DNA of 64,000 bases, taken from assembly GCA_964016885.1 (NCBI GenBank), contig OZ024741.1, positions 279,930,001 to 279,994,000 on the forward strand. The letters run 5' to 3'. The translations under genes and the position numbers were made by a program. Shown here one piece after another: positions 13,941-27,424 of the stretch. Within the stretch, counting starts at the first letter, position 1. Every line of letters starts with the position of its first letter. Source of the stretch: Eledone cirrhosa. Lineage: Eukaryota. The notes below the pieces were generated by a model. It was not told the origin of the DNA. It saw only the letters and a list, made by a program, of their open reading frames with translations, and made no database searches.

Positions 13941-14243
13941 TAATAATAATAATAATAATAATGGGAAGAGCTACTATTGCGTAATACATCTCTAATCTAT
14001 TTCAGATTTATTCAGTAATGATAATAAGATTTCAATGGCATATGCATATTTCAACCTAAATAAATCTCAGATAATATTTCAAACTTTTCAAATCAGAAAG
14101 TTTTTTTTAAATCAAGAAGCTATTGATAGATAGAATGATAAATGTACTTTTTGATTCGAAAAACTCTGAACTGACTTCTATAAAATTTCATATTGCACAG
14201 ATTGAAATACATAAGTAATTGGAGTAATAATACTGCTAATAAG

Positions 14244-14390
14244 ACAGCAAATTGGCAGAGTTGTTAGAGCGTCAGATAGAATGCTTTACGGTATTCATTC
14301 CAGCTCTCTATGTTATCAGTTCAAATCAACTTTGCTTTTCATCTTTTTGAGGTCAATAAAAAGTACTGGTTCAGTACTGGTGTTGATTCT
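14244..14390 (+). mobile_element. SINE family 1, diverged
   Basis: TGGCAGAGTTGTTAGAGCG...GTTCAAATC...GAGGTCAATAAAAAGTACTGG. Confidence 0.65.
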
Positions 14391-16597
14391 TCCTCTATAT
14401 CTCTTTCACTCCTCTGGAAGAAATCGACTATGTTCAGACCTGGAGAGGGAATGGACTCTGCTAAGTTTAAAATGCTCAAGATACGTATATATCACAACAG
14501 TGTCCCTACGACTCCATCGGGAGCTACAGGTCCATGCATACACACATTACTACAACTACTATTCAACAAATATGAAACAGACATGATTCCCTGACAAAAG
14601 CAAATCAAATGAACCAATCACAATGATGCTTGTAAAGAAATCCTAGTTATTAACCCAGTAGAGTTTTCAAAATGTACAATGGTGGCTGATAACATGAACT
14701 TAGAAGATGGTGGTCTGAAGGAGAACAGAAAATTAGTTGTATATCCTCCATCAAAACCAAGAGATGCATGCAGAATGTTTTATAAATATTTCCATTTTGA
14801 ATATATTTCCCATAAATATTAAGTAGAATTGTTTTTGTTCATTAGTGGATTGTTTTCATATGTTTAACTGAAAAACAGGGTTCAGAGTAATGTGTTTTAC
14901 CTAGGAACACAAATTAGAAATAGCATAGCTTCAAATTCATTCTATCATCATTATCATCATCACCTAATGTCTATTTGCCATGCTTGCATGGTTTAGACGG
15001 ATTGTCACGTACTGAGGCTAGATAGGTCAAGTGACCATGTCTTGCTTGTATGCTTGTTTTTAGCTCGGTTTCTTCTATGGCTGGATACCCATCTAAACAC
15101 CAACCACTTCACAATGTGTACGGGGAGACTGAGCGCATTTTATCAAGTCTCCGGCATTACCACTTTACAGAGTGGACTGGGTGCTTCTTTCATGGCACAA
15201 GCTATATCGCCTTACAGTGCAGACTGGGTGCTTTTTTTTTACTGACACAAACACTACCACTTTACAGAGTGGGTTGGGTGTATTTTAGCATGGTACCAGC
15301 ACTGGGGAGGAATTGATGGAAGGGGTAGTCATTTCACCATGGGTGAGAAAGCATGAGGTCATCAAAGAAAACACTCAATATAAGGAATTTGAAATGGAAA
15401 AAAAAAAAACAATCTGAAAGTAAGATGAAGAATGGCATTTCTAGATGATAAAACTGATATGACTAAAGAACAGAAGAAAGTAAATATAAATAACTGTGGT
15501 AACTTAGGATTTTATGGTTATGTAACTTAAACCAAAAGTAGAAGGAAGACTTAGAGTAGGCTTAAAAGCTATTTGGGAACTAAAACAATTGTGTAGAGCT
15601 AGAGAGACATCAGGCATAATAGTAACTCAATACTCTCTTCTAGCATGTTACCTGCAGCATTAGTGACGTTAATTGCAATAATGAAAATAGTAAAGTGGAA
15701 TGGGGTTTATAAACAAAGAACTGGAGCAGGAATTGTTTAGTGGCTTTCATTTGTCAAACAGCTTGACATGAGGATAACTTTATAAGTTTATACTTATCCT
15801 GTTCAACACTTTATTGCAATTACTTTATTGAAAATGGTAAACTACATAAAATATTAATTTATGATCTATGATACATAAATATGCTTTTGTTTCAGGAGAA
15901 TGTTTGACTTTGAAGTATTGAATTTAATAAATTAATGAACAGTGAACATCACTTTCCTGCCTATTTTCTATTATCATTTTTACATCCATTAACGAAGACC
16001 CATTGAAAAACACAAGAAAAAACAACAAAAAGACATTATCTGAAAACTTAGTCCTTCAACATGACTTCACAATATATGTACACAATAGTTTTGAAAAGTG
16101 AAAAATATCAAAAATGAAATTGACAAAATGAAATATACATTTCAATATAAAATGAAAATGTTAGAGTATGCTTGTTCTTTAAAGTCTGACTCATTTTAAC
16201 CACTAATGCAAAAGAGAAAAAAATAGTGATATGGAAATAAAAAAAGCTGACAGAGCACTGAAAATTTGAGATTTACAATTTCAACTGTTGAAAAAAGGCA
16301 AATTCATAGTGGAAGTGAAGATTAGAAAGAAGATAAGGAATAGTAAATAGTTAGTCATAGTGGAATCACACCAGCTGGTTGAGATAAAAACTAACCAAGA
16401 TAAATGAAGTATGAAGTGGTGAAGAAACAAGTGATCCTTTTAGTAACAGCCACAGTAATAAAGAGAGGGAAGAAGAGAGTGAATGTACAGAACAAAAAAA
16501 GGGTTACTCAGCAAGAAATTTACTAGAATGGAGAGAAGCAATGAAACAGAGAATATGGTGATGAATATAAAGAGAATATTTATAGCTAGGATTGCTT

Positions 16598-16614
16598 TAA
16601 AAAAAAAAAAATCA

Positions 16615-16648
<34 letters not shown>
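16598..16648. repeat. Poly(A) tract
   Basis: Directly visible. Confidence 0.9.
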
Positions 16649-16651
<3 letters not shown>

Positions 16652-18884
16652 CTTTTCTTCATTCAAAATAGGAACCCTGATACAATATTCTGATTAAGCA
16701 TTCAAACAGGATAACCCTCTTCCTGCTGGAGGGAGGTAAATCTCTAATCTAGGACACCATGTGCTGTGACATGTTCTCTACCTGATTGCCATCGAGACCT
16801 CTAGTGCCCTCATTTTTGAAAATGTTTACCTCTGCAAAATAGGAAGGAGTGCATCCTGTCTGAGGAAAGAGCCTCTATCAAGTGGAGTGGCTGATGTAGC
16901 AGGTGTTACTGGCTGTTCCCTGTGGTGAGACATTAACCATTTTGTCTGCAAGGTACAGTTGAGATATATCATCTAAACCAAGGTGTTGATCCTGATGTTC
17001 CTGCCACTTTTTCCCTAATTTGCACTATGCAATTTTTTCTTTCTTTTTTTTTTTATGACAAACTATATAATCCAATTGAAATTTGAATAAAAAATCTCAA
17101 GTTTAAAAAAAAAAAAATGTCTATACTCCATTCTATTATAAAATATTTTATGCTCCATAACAGACTTGGAATGTTTTCTTCCCAATTCTCTTTAAACTGT
17201 ACATTTAAAATTGTGGTTGTAACTAGACTCACTGAAATTCTTTATACCAACATAGGCTATATGAGTTACATTAGTAAAAGGCAGTAGTCATTTAATGTTT
17301 GGATATTTAATCTATACTAAAAGGTTTGCAGAAAGTACTAATGCGTATTTTTATAATGACATAACCATTAAAGTTTATGTATCTTTTTTTAAAGACCTCT
17401 CTATATCAACACTTTATTTCAGCAGCAAATTCTTTAAGTGTTTTCATATCAATTTCTAGCCTTTCTCCATACAACACGGTGGCTTTTATCTCCACACAAG
17501 TTTTGTATGAAATACTAAATTTTCATGAATTGAATATTAAATCAGTAACTATTTTGTTGCATTAAGAAACTAATAAAAGATTTCAATTCAGTATAGACAA
17601 ACAATTGAAATACGTAGCAATCCATTGATGTAGACATGAATTGAATTTAGGGTAGGAGAGGAGATGATTCAGCTGGCAATTTTAGGTAAAAGAGAAGTAC
17701 CTTGGCACATACTTGAAATATATCAAGTCATCTTGTGTAAATATTAATGGGAAATTTGACAACTTGCCATTAAATGGTAGCTTATATAAGAATTTGCAAT
17801 GTGATATCTAATCAAATACCTAATTGATATTAAATGCAGTTTTTGTACTGGTTTTAGTACGTAACATAGCTAACTTTGAAATTATCTGTTAAAGAGAAAC
17901 CATAGGTTTTCTGATTAATGATAATCCATTTACAGCTGTTCTCATCACTAATTAATTGAAATTTCTTGATTTACTACATCAAGTATGTTAGTGACCACTT
18001 TACAGAAAAAATATTGGCTTTTCTTTCAGCGACTTATAAAAGTAACAATACAAAGAACTTAACAAATATCACACAAATATATTTAAAATGTTTGGATAGC
18101 ACTGTATTCATCACAAAAGCAGTTCTTTCCATCTTATTTAGAGCTATAATTTAGATAATTCCATAAATTCACAAACGTTTCTTTGTCACATGATATTCCA
18201 GAAAGTTAAGATGCCTATCTTAGCTGAAAGTTAACACCACCACCTCTTCTACTCCTTCCCGTCAAGTCTAAATTGATTAGAAGCTTTGATATTATCCTCT
18301 ACTTGTTGCCATATTTCCAAGATGAAAGATAAGTGCATAGCTATATGCCGTGGGGAGTGGGGTGGAATAGAGAAAAAACAGATATCTAGTTTGTTGACCT
18401 CTATATCAAACTAATGTAGTTTCTAGCCAGGAACAAAAGTACGCATGGATAATTTTCTCCACATAGTATTTAGGCAGATAATAAATAAGAAAGTATAGAA
18501 GAAGAAACGTTTAACTCAGTGAAATAAATGGCACACATATTCAAATCGCTTCCTATACTAGGGACAAGTGATGTAAAATGAAATAGTGCTTAATAGTGAT
18601 AATTATGATACTGATTAGATATCTGATCTCCTCAATGGGTTGCAGTTGGTCTATGAGAATGGAAGATCCTTATAATGTATGTTATTTCAACTTTACTGAT
18701 ACAATATCTTTAAGGGAATTCTATATACCAATAGTACTGTCAGTATTTCTAGTTTGATATGTGAAGTGAATTAAAAAGCCAAGCAAGTCATTATTTTTGA
18801 AAATATTTGAAAACCCTAGGTAGCGTCCTTTATTAGAAATATGGTAATGAATGGGTTGAACCATAAAGTTTGAACTGATTAAGC

Positions 18885-19378
18885 CAGTGTTTCCCAACCT
18901 GGGGACTAAGAAGTAAGTTTGAAATTTCATATTTTATTACTAACAATATGTACACGCTATTGGGTATCCATTCCTGTTTAGATATAAACATTTCTATCTT
19001 TCAATTGTTATTCTCGCTATAGAGTTTGCTTTTCAAACGTGGTTTCAGATTCAGTCCCACTGTGTTATACCTTGGGCAAGTATCTCAAGTTAGCCAATAC
19101 CTTATAAGTGAAATTTTGCTAGACGGAAATTGTGTAGAAGCCAGTCATATATATGTGTGTGTGTGTACGTGCATACATTTACTGTTTGTTTGTCTCATAA
19201 CTTAACAGTTTAATAAATAGTGTTGCTAAAATAAATACCAGACTTGAAAAAATAAGTTGAAAAAAAGAATATAACAATCTGGAAGAGAAGTAATTGTACT
19301 GAAGGAAAGGGAAGTGGCAAGGGAAAATTCATTTAAATAAAAGGGGTCCTTTGTTGTGAAAAGGCTGGGAACAAGTAG
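18885..19378. mobile_element. Possible degenerate hAT-like MITE, with a nested SINE fragment at ~19020-19150
   Basis: Left end CAGTGTTTCCCAACCT, degenerate right end AGGCTGGGAACAAG. Confidence 0.35.
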
Positions 19379-19897
19379 ACTAAGCATATAAAAGATTTTA
19401 AGCAATAGATTTAAAGGACAATTGCTACCGAATCCTCAAAACAATCTTGTGGCAGCTGTGAAGTGTGGAAAACCAGATAATATATCTGTTAATATGATTT
19501 TGAAAAGAAAGAATGTATTTCCAAACTGAGGATGCGTGTATATAAACTTGTCTTGTGCATCGCCTTTCTTTATTTCCTTCTTCCAGTCACTTCTGTGTGC
19601 TAGCACAATTCTCCTTGGCCGCCTCCTCTTTCAGTCTTTTCTATATTTCATCTGCCTGTCACCCACCTTGTAGACTGTCTCTCTGTTGGCTGCTGGTCTC
19701 AGACATTTTTGCCAATCACAGCATTTAGCGGTTTTAACGGCTGTTCTAGTGATGAGTTTTCTCATTTTATATGTATTCACTCTTGTTTTGCCTCGATTAG
19801 AGACAACATTGTTTTATACACACACACACATTCATGCGCACGCTCATGCACACATCACTGTTTAATGTCTGCTATCACTAACAAGGGTTGTATTTTA

Positions 19898-20785
19898 TAT
19901 CATCATCATCATCATCGTTTAACGTCCATTTTCCACGCTAGCATGGGTTTGGACGGGAATTGTCCCACTTGAGGCAAGATTGGTTGTCTTGCTCAGGTCT
20001 GTCTGGCAGATTTTCTACAGCTAGGTGCCCTTCCTAACACCAACCACGTTTACAGTGTGTACTGGGAGGTATTTACCGTGTTACCTACACGGCCACATTA
20101 CAGCGTGGACTGTGTGTTTTTTTGTCGTGACATCTACACGACCTCATTTGTTTCGGACTGGATGTTGTGGTACCAACATAATTTCACATTTTAGGGGGTG
20201 GTGTGGATGGGGTGGGGGTAGTGTGACGGGGTGTATTTTGTTAGAGGTGCCTACTGACTGTAGGTTTTGCTTTGTACTTAGGCAAGGCGGGTCTTCTGTA
20301 TAACTGTGTAGCGCCAAAGATCTCGGTCTAGTGACATTGTCTTGGAGAGGTGTAAGTGTGTGAGGTCGGAATTTATCAAGTCGTCCCAGGTTTTTCTGGG
20401 TCTGCCTACTCCGTGGCTACCATCTATTTTGATTTCCCTGCACTTTTTTATACAGCTGTCGTCTTTCATGCGCATCACGTGACCATACCAACGTAGTCTT
20501 CTCTCGAGTAAACATCTGATCCCTCTTATTCCTAATTTCTCCCTTAGTTCGTTTATGCTTTGCCGTTCACGTATATTACTATTACACATCCAGCGGAGCA
20601 TGCAAGCTTCGTTCCTCTCCAGTCTGCGTATATCCTCTGCACACAATGCCCAGGTCTCACTGCCATGTAACATTGCTGTTCGTATGCAGGCATCATACAG
20701 CCTGCCTTTCATTTTTAGAGAGAAACCTTTAGTGGCCAATAGTGGTATAAGCTCTCTGAACCTTTTCCATCCCGTTCTGACTAGC
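19898..20785 (-). mobile_element. 5'-truncated RTE LINE (family A, more diverged copy)
   Basis: ORF 20278-20739 (MLHGSETW, RRLRWYGHV, GRPRKTW), 3' UTR and (GAT)n tail. Confidence 0.93.
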
Positions 20786-21329
20786 TACTGTGCTTATATA
20801 TATATATATATATATATAAAAACTATCACTTCCTTACAGAAGAGGGATATCGCTTCAACAAATTCCCTGTTATTACGTTATGAACCACAGCTAACTGCAG
20901 GCAGTTTGATGACTGAATAGGCTTTGTTCAGGTCACCCTTTCGAGACCATTCTCATGTGGTATGGGTGAGCAGTACAGTGCATCTCCCAAAAGGGCTGCT
21001 CAGATGCTCAAAACCCCGCTGAAGTATGCTGCTGTTCAGGTTAACAATGCAGTGATGTTAGGATAAGACTCAAGCCACCCACATGTAGATTTGTGACTGT
21101 GCTTCTACCCGGTAGTATCTGCACATGTTGCCATTCCTCCACCGTCGTAGGACTTGTGAAGAAATATCTGCACATAAAGATGTCAATGCTACATACTTGT
21201 GATACACATAACACAGACTCCATCCCAACAGCTGTGTGTCCAGTGACAAACTAAGATAAGATAAACAGGACAGTTATTGTCATGGAGTTTAACCTCCCCA
21301 AGTCAAGTTAGGTCTCTGCCTGCTACTAG

Positions 21330-21470
21330 CCCAGTACAACCTGTTTCATGGTCAGATGGTCATCGACTAAACCAAAACAGCTTCCCCACCAGACCCTGGC
21401 CTGATAAGGAGGGTAAGTGAAAACCCAACAGGCACAAAAACAAGAGCTGTCAAAGAGCAGTTGAACTCCT
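21330..21470 (+). mobile_element. Diverged homologue of the 5' head of the bipartite RTE-derived element
   Basis: CCCAGTACAACCTGTTTCATGGTC...GACTAAAC...CCCCACCA...GGAGGGT...AAAAACAA...CTGTCAAAG aligns to the reverse complement of ~1675-1803. Confidence 0.7.
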
Positions 21471-22030
21471 GTGTATGTGTGTGTGTGTATACACACACAC
21501 ACAATCCCACTCATACATACAAAAGAAACAAGTATTTGTCCCTTGGGTTAACATTGCCTCACCTTGAAATCATATTATTGCATTGAGTGCTGAACACATT
21601 CATTGCAATCAAAGTAATATATATAAGGAATAAAAATGAAATTAAATTTACAGTTCATATCTTTGTTAAGCTGGGTATTTTATCCTGTAAAAGCAATGTG
21701 AAATTAAGTGTCTTTCTGAAGAACACAATGCATTGCCCATGACCTTATGATTCTGAGTCCAACACACAAACCACTAGGCCATACTTTTGTCACACTCATG
21801 TTTTGACCTTGAAAAATACTTAGATCTGCTATTGACACTTATGTAATTACAAAACAATTTCAATGTAGCTCAGTCAAGAACTAAATGTGCTACAAGTAGA
21901 GCAAGAATAAAACAACTAAAGTGTCTTCAATTTACCTGAAAATAGCAAAAAGAAAAAAAAAACTGAATAAAGCCAATAAATTTTTCTCTCGCATAGATGC
22001 CATTAATGTTTATCATTATGTTTGAGCTGT

Positions 22031-22480
22031 AAGGATGGCGGATTGCAAGTATCGGTAGAGTGTCGAACAACATGTTTTGTGACATATAGTTATATCTCTT
22101 TACATTCTGAGTTCAAATGCTGATGAGGTTAGCTTTGGCTTTCATTCTTACAAGGTCGATAAAATAAACACCTAACAGTAGTGCACTTGGGTCGATGTAA
22201 TCAACTTCCCCTCCCCACAAACTGTTGGCATTGTGCTTAAATTATGTTTTAATTGTAAGGGCAGTAGATTGGCAGAATCAATAGTGTGTTGGATGAAATA
22301 CATTGAGGTATTTCATTACGGCTCTTTACATTCTGAGTTCCAATCTCACCAAAGTTAACTTTTGCCTTTGACCATTTCCAAGGTCGATAAATAAAGTACC
22401 AGTCAAGTACTGGGGTTGATATAATTAGCTTTCCCATCCCCCAAAATGCCTGGCATTGTGTCTATGTTAGAAACAATTAT
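22031..22480 (+). mobile_element. Two tandem SINE family 1 copies (~22031-22245 and ~22259-22480)
   Basis: Each has A/B-box-like motifs and the GGTCGATAAA core. Confidence 0.75.
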
Positions 22481-24231
22481 ATTTTAGCAGTAAGACTTTT
22501 CCATAGGCTGTTCTAAAATGGTGTCTATACTTTTATATCAACCAAATGTCATTCACAAATAATTGTTATAGTTGTGCATATCCAGTTTAGAATAGGTACA
22601 CCATATCTCTGCATTGTGCTGTAGAAAGCGACTAAAAGGGTTGGTGTCAGGAAAGGCATCCACCTCAAAAAGTCCCATCCAACTGCTGCCATCTTGGAAA
22701 AGTTGCTGTAAAAACGATGATGATGATGATGACAATGATGCTGACAATGAGTGGAAATTTTGTTGTAGCCTACATACTGTTTATCTAGATATCAAATCCC
22801 CACCTCTGCATAAAGCTTCCATATGTGTTTCTTCAAGTTTATGTCCACTGACAAACAATTGAAGAATATCATATTTCAGCAAGTACCTATGGGCTGGTGC
22901 TTTTGTTTACGTTAAAGTAAAAAAAATAAAAAAATAAAAATAGAAATAATAATAAACAGATAAATTAAGATATAAATAAATTTAGAAACTAAATCTGATA
23001 CATAATGCTGTATAATCTGAAAACACCTACATTAAAAAGATATCTTCATCAAAGTCCCACCAAAAGAGGTGTGTATAAACACACAGAAACATGAGAGCTT
23101 CTATTAATCATATCAGCAATTTTACTTGAAGCAACAGTCAGGAAAGATTGCCCTTTCCACTAGGAATTTGAAGCACTTCTCCAGATGTTGGGAACAAGTG
23201 TGTGTGTGCATGTATGCTTGCACATATGCATTCATGTTTGTTGACCACCACCCTCTTATTAAGTCAGGAATGTCGAAAGAACTAGAACCAGAATTATCAA
23301 TTACTAAAAATAACAAAAGATACACCCAAATTATTATCTTCCTACTGACAAAATGCCAGATAAATTTAATAAATTCTCCAAAAACAACTCTTTTGTTTGC
23401 CCATACTTCTTTCCACAATGATTTCTGTGATATTTTTCAATCAAATATACACATACACAAATACTGTTATAGAAACCATGCCAACAAAGGGTCAAGAAGA
23501 CTCTTCTGTTATGTCAAGGGCATGACAACATCTCTAGTATTAGTGATCTACTTGATAAATGCACCCAATTCATTTTGTAAAATGGTTAGTAATAGGAAGG
23601 GCATCCAGTCATAGAAAACCTGTTAAACAAAAGGTGATGAGAACTCTAACAGTTGTGTCAAAAACATGAACAATGTCCCTAATACTTGTGTCACAACAAA
23701 ATACAATAGGCATGGAAGAGGAATGTATGTAAAGAAGATGTAGGACCATGGCCCTTCTGAGAGGTCAGTAGCTCTGTTTGAGTACAGACTTGATCTGTGA
23801 CAACCTGTTCAACCCTTGCTAACAGGGAAAGTGAAAATTAGATGATGAAATCATAGCAGCTAAAATGAAGTTTCAAAATCGAATATCAAAAATATTCCAG
23901 ATTTAACCTAACAGCTGTAACTTAACGTAAAAGTTAAAGGACAGCAGTAAAACATACAATAAATAAATAAGTAAATTATTTGTGAAATTAACTATGAATT
24001 TTTGTTATTACTAAGAATTTCATGCTATCTTTTAAAATACAAATTGACTTAATTTGTTTTTAACATAGATTAAATTCAACACAAACTTATTTATTTTTAG
24101 TAATTGGCTAATTTTTCTAACTTTACAGCATTTTATTTATATATATATATATATACTAAGGTATATCCTAATGTTTGTTGAGTGAGATGGAAACCAGTCA
24201 GAGTATAGCTTAAAGCTTTCTCTGTTAATGT

Positions 24232-24269
<38 letters not shown>

Positions 24270-24274
<5 letters not shown>

Positions 24275-24856
24275 TAAAATAACAGATTAAAGTTTAAGCA
24301 AAGAATCGCTGCTTTCACCCTTAACGGGATCTTCTGAAACTAACAAAGTCAATCTGTAAAGGCAGAAGTGGATATTTCAAAAAACGTTGCAACCGGAGGA
24401 AGACAGGAAGACGATACTTTGGTTCGTGGAAACGTTCGCTATGCAAATAAGTAATGGTATAAACAAAACATATACTGAGCTCCCACATCAAGACGTAAAA
24501 TATCCACGTATAGATCGTACTATCGATTAGGGTATAACGTGGGGCTGTAATACAGGAAAGTTTTGTGCAATTTATGTTTACAAGCCGAAATTGCCTCAGA
24601 TTTTTTGTTTAAGATGTGGTCTGTGGCGTAGAGTATTTCCAGGGCCTCAGCGGCGCAGAGGTCACATGTTCTTTTATTTCCGGTATACGATCGATCTAGC
24701 CCTAGCTAGGATCTCCCAGTGTAACTTAGTGGACTAGAGTTAGCAGAGCGTAAGCACGTGGGAAACTAAAAAAAATCGGAGAATAGACCGTTAAAACATG
24801 TTTATTTAAAATAAACATGTTTTAACGGTCTATTCTCCGATTTTTACTTTCCCACA
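24270..24856 (-). mobile_element. 5'-truncated Penelope-like element: GIY-YIG endonuclease C-terminus, pseudo-LTR and 5' foldback
   Basis: Minus-strand ~24725-24545 translates LHWEILARARS/YTGNKRTCDLCAAEALEILYATDHILNKKSEAISACKHK, with one 4-bp duplication frameshift. This matches the W-I..C-LC..E..I..LNK.SE....C.H tail of Penelope endonucleases. Inserted in (TA)n, with a terminal palindrome. Confidence 0.8.
24282..24357 (-). ncRNA. Predicted type I hammerhead ribozyme, core variant (CAGAAGA instead of CUGANGA)
   Basis: Stem I AGUUU/AAACU with a distal ACAGAUU/AAUCUGU extension, stem II CCC/GGG, GAAA, stem III GCA/UGC, cleavage triplet CUU. Confidence 0.6.
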
Positions 24857-25430
24857 TATATATATATATAAATAACATATATATAAATAACATATATATA
24901 TATAACATATATATATATATATAACATATATATATATATATATAACATATATATATATATATATATAACATATATATATATATATATATAACATATATAT
25001 ATATATAACATATATATATATATATATATAACACATATATATATATATAACACATATATATATATATAACATATATATATATATAACATATATATATATA
25101 TAACATATATATATATAACATATATAACATATATATATAACATACATATATAACATATATATATAATATATATATATAACATATATATATATAACATATA
25201 TATATATAACATATATATATATAACATATATATATATAACATATATATATATAACATATATATATATAACATATATATATATAACATATATATATATAAC
25301 ATATATATATATATAACATATATATATATATAACATATATATATATAACATATATATATATAACATATATATATATAACATATATATATATATAACATAT
25401 ATATATAATATATAACATATATATATAATA
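24856..25430. repeat. (TA)n array punctuated by AAC
   Basis: Directly visible. Confidence 0.95.
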
Positions 25431-26489
25431 CTAGCAGTAAAGCCCGGCGTTGCTCGGGGTCGCTCAGTAGCTGTGTTAAAGTTACAATGTTAAGTTTCTT
25501 TTTTGGCTTAAAAACTGTAGTGTCTACTGTGCAGACTTGCATGTGGTGTTTTTGATTAATATTCCCTCAACCAACAATATGCCTTATGAAGTTAAGAAAA
25601 CATAACGATAACCTGAATGTTATAACAAAAGAGGATGCTGGGGATAAAAACTGCACTGGTTATTTATTAACAAAGATCGAAAATGTAAACACTGCAACGC
25701 AGAGAAAAACATAAGCGTAACCAAATTATCAGTTATGTCTGTCTGCACGCCTATATCACCTCTCTGCACAACTGTCTGTCTGCACGCCTATATCACCTCT
25801 CTGCACGACTGTCTGTCTGCACGACTGTCTGTCTGCACGCCTATATCACCTCTCTGCACGACTGTCTGTCTGCACGCCTATATCACCTCTCTGCACGACT
25901 GTCTGTCTGCACACCTAACGAAATTTACAGATACATATATTTTAAATAAACATATAATTTTTGCTTTTTTTTACGAAATATTTGCTTGTTTTACGTAGTC
26001 TTTAAATAGACTTGTTTTCAAGTAAAAATATTGTTTTAAAAGGCTTTTAAATGGAAATGAAGCAAAACGGAAGCTAAGTGTTCGAACTGATGAATTTTGC
26101 AGGTCAAAATTTTGCTGGCTCGACAACTGTTCGTGTATTGTGTTAATGTCATTTTAAACGCTGAGAAAGCCAGCGTAATTTTTTTAATTTTTGCCAGCGT
26201 AATTTTTTTAATTTTTGCACGCAGAAAATGTAAAGAGAACGTAAGACGCTACGCTGAATGTAAACAGAACATAGGGAAATAACTGATCACTTACGCTCAA
26301 AAATCGATACATTATATTCGATTTCGTCAGATAGGGCGGGTCAATTTGAAATATTTTTTTTCCGATGTCTTCGCTAGGGCTCAATGTACAAGTATAGCAA
26401 TTTCGGTGCAATTCCGTGAGAGATTCTAAGAGGAGATGTGTGCCAAAAATCGATAGACAGACAGACAACCTCAGTTTTATATATATAGA
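25431..26489 (-). mobile_element. Non-autonomous Helitron
   Basis: Minus strand begins A|TCTATATATATAAAA and ends with hairpin CCCGAGCAACGCCGGG followed by CTAG|T. No TSD. Internal ~37-bp tandem repeat at ~25736-25912. Confidence 0.85.
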
Positions 26490-26617
26490 TATATATATAT
26501 AACATATATATAACATATATATAACATATTATTTAAAATAAACATGTTTTAACGGTCTATTCTCCGATTTTTACTTTCCCACATATATATATATAAATAA
26601 TATATATATAAATAGCA

Positions 26618-26692
26618 TGTGAGAGATTCTAAGAGGAGATGTGTGCCAAAAATCGATAGACAGACAGACAACCTCAGTTTTATATATATAGA
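26618..26692 (-). mobile_element. Duplicated 5' ~75 bp of the Helitron
   Basis: Identical to ~26416-26490. Confidence 0.85.
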
Positions 26693-27119
26693 TATATATA
26701 TAACATATATATAACATATATATAACATATATATAACATATTATTTAAAATAAACATGTTTTAACGGTCTATTCTCCGATTTTTACTTTCCCACATATAT
26801 ATATATAAATAATATATATATAAATAACATATATATATAAATAATATATATATAAATAACATATATACATATATAACATATATACATATATAACATATAT
26901 ACATATATAACATATATACATATATAACATATATACATATATAACATATATACATATATAACATATATATATATATAACATATATATATATATAACATAT
27001 ATATATATATAACATATATATATATATAACATATATATATATATAACATATATATATATATAACATATATATATATATAACATATATATATATATAACAT
27101 ATATATATATATAACATAT

Positions 27120-27151
<32 letters not shown>

Positions 27152-27424
27152 ATATATATATATATATAATATATATATATATAACATATATATATAATAT
27201 ATAATATATATATAATATATAATATATATATAATATATAATATATATATAATATATAATATATATATAATATATAATATATATAATATATAATATATATA
27301 ACATATATATATAACATATATATATAACATATATATATAACATATATATATAACATATATATATAACATATATATATAACAAATATATATAACATATATA
27401 TATAACATATATATATAATATATA

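Noticed and set aside
14281-14594. Overlapping ~100-aa ORFs
   Set aside because: They start inside a SINE and have no recognisable motif or splice context.
23122-23614. 162-aa ORF and its antisense ORF
   Set aside because: No protein-like motif, and it includes simple repeats and an RTE-tail relic.
25736-25912. ~37-bp repeats resembling a CRISPR array
   Set aside because: They are head-to-tail with no unique spacers, and lie inside a Helitron in eukaryotic DNA.
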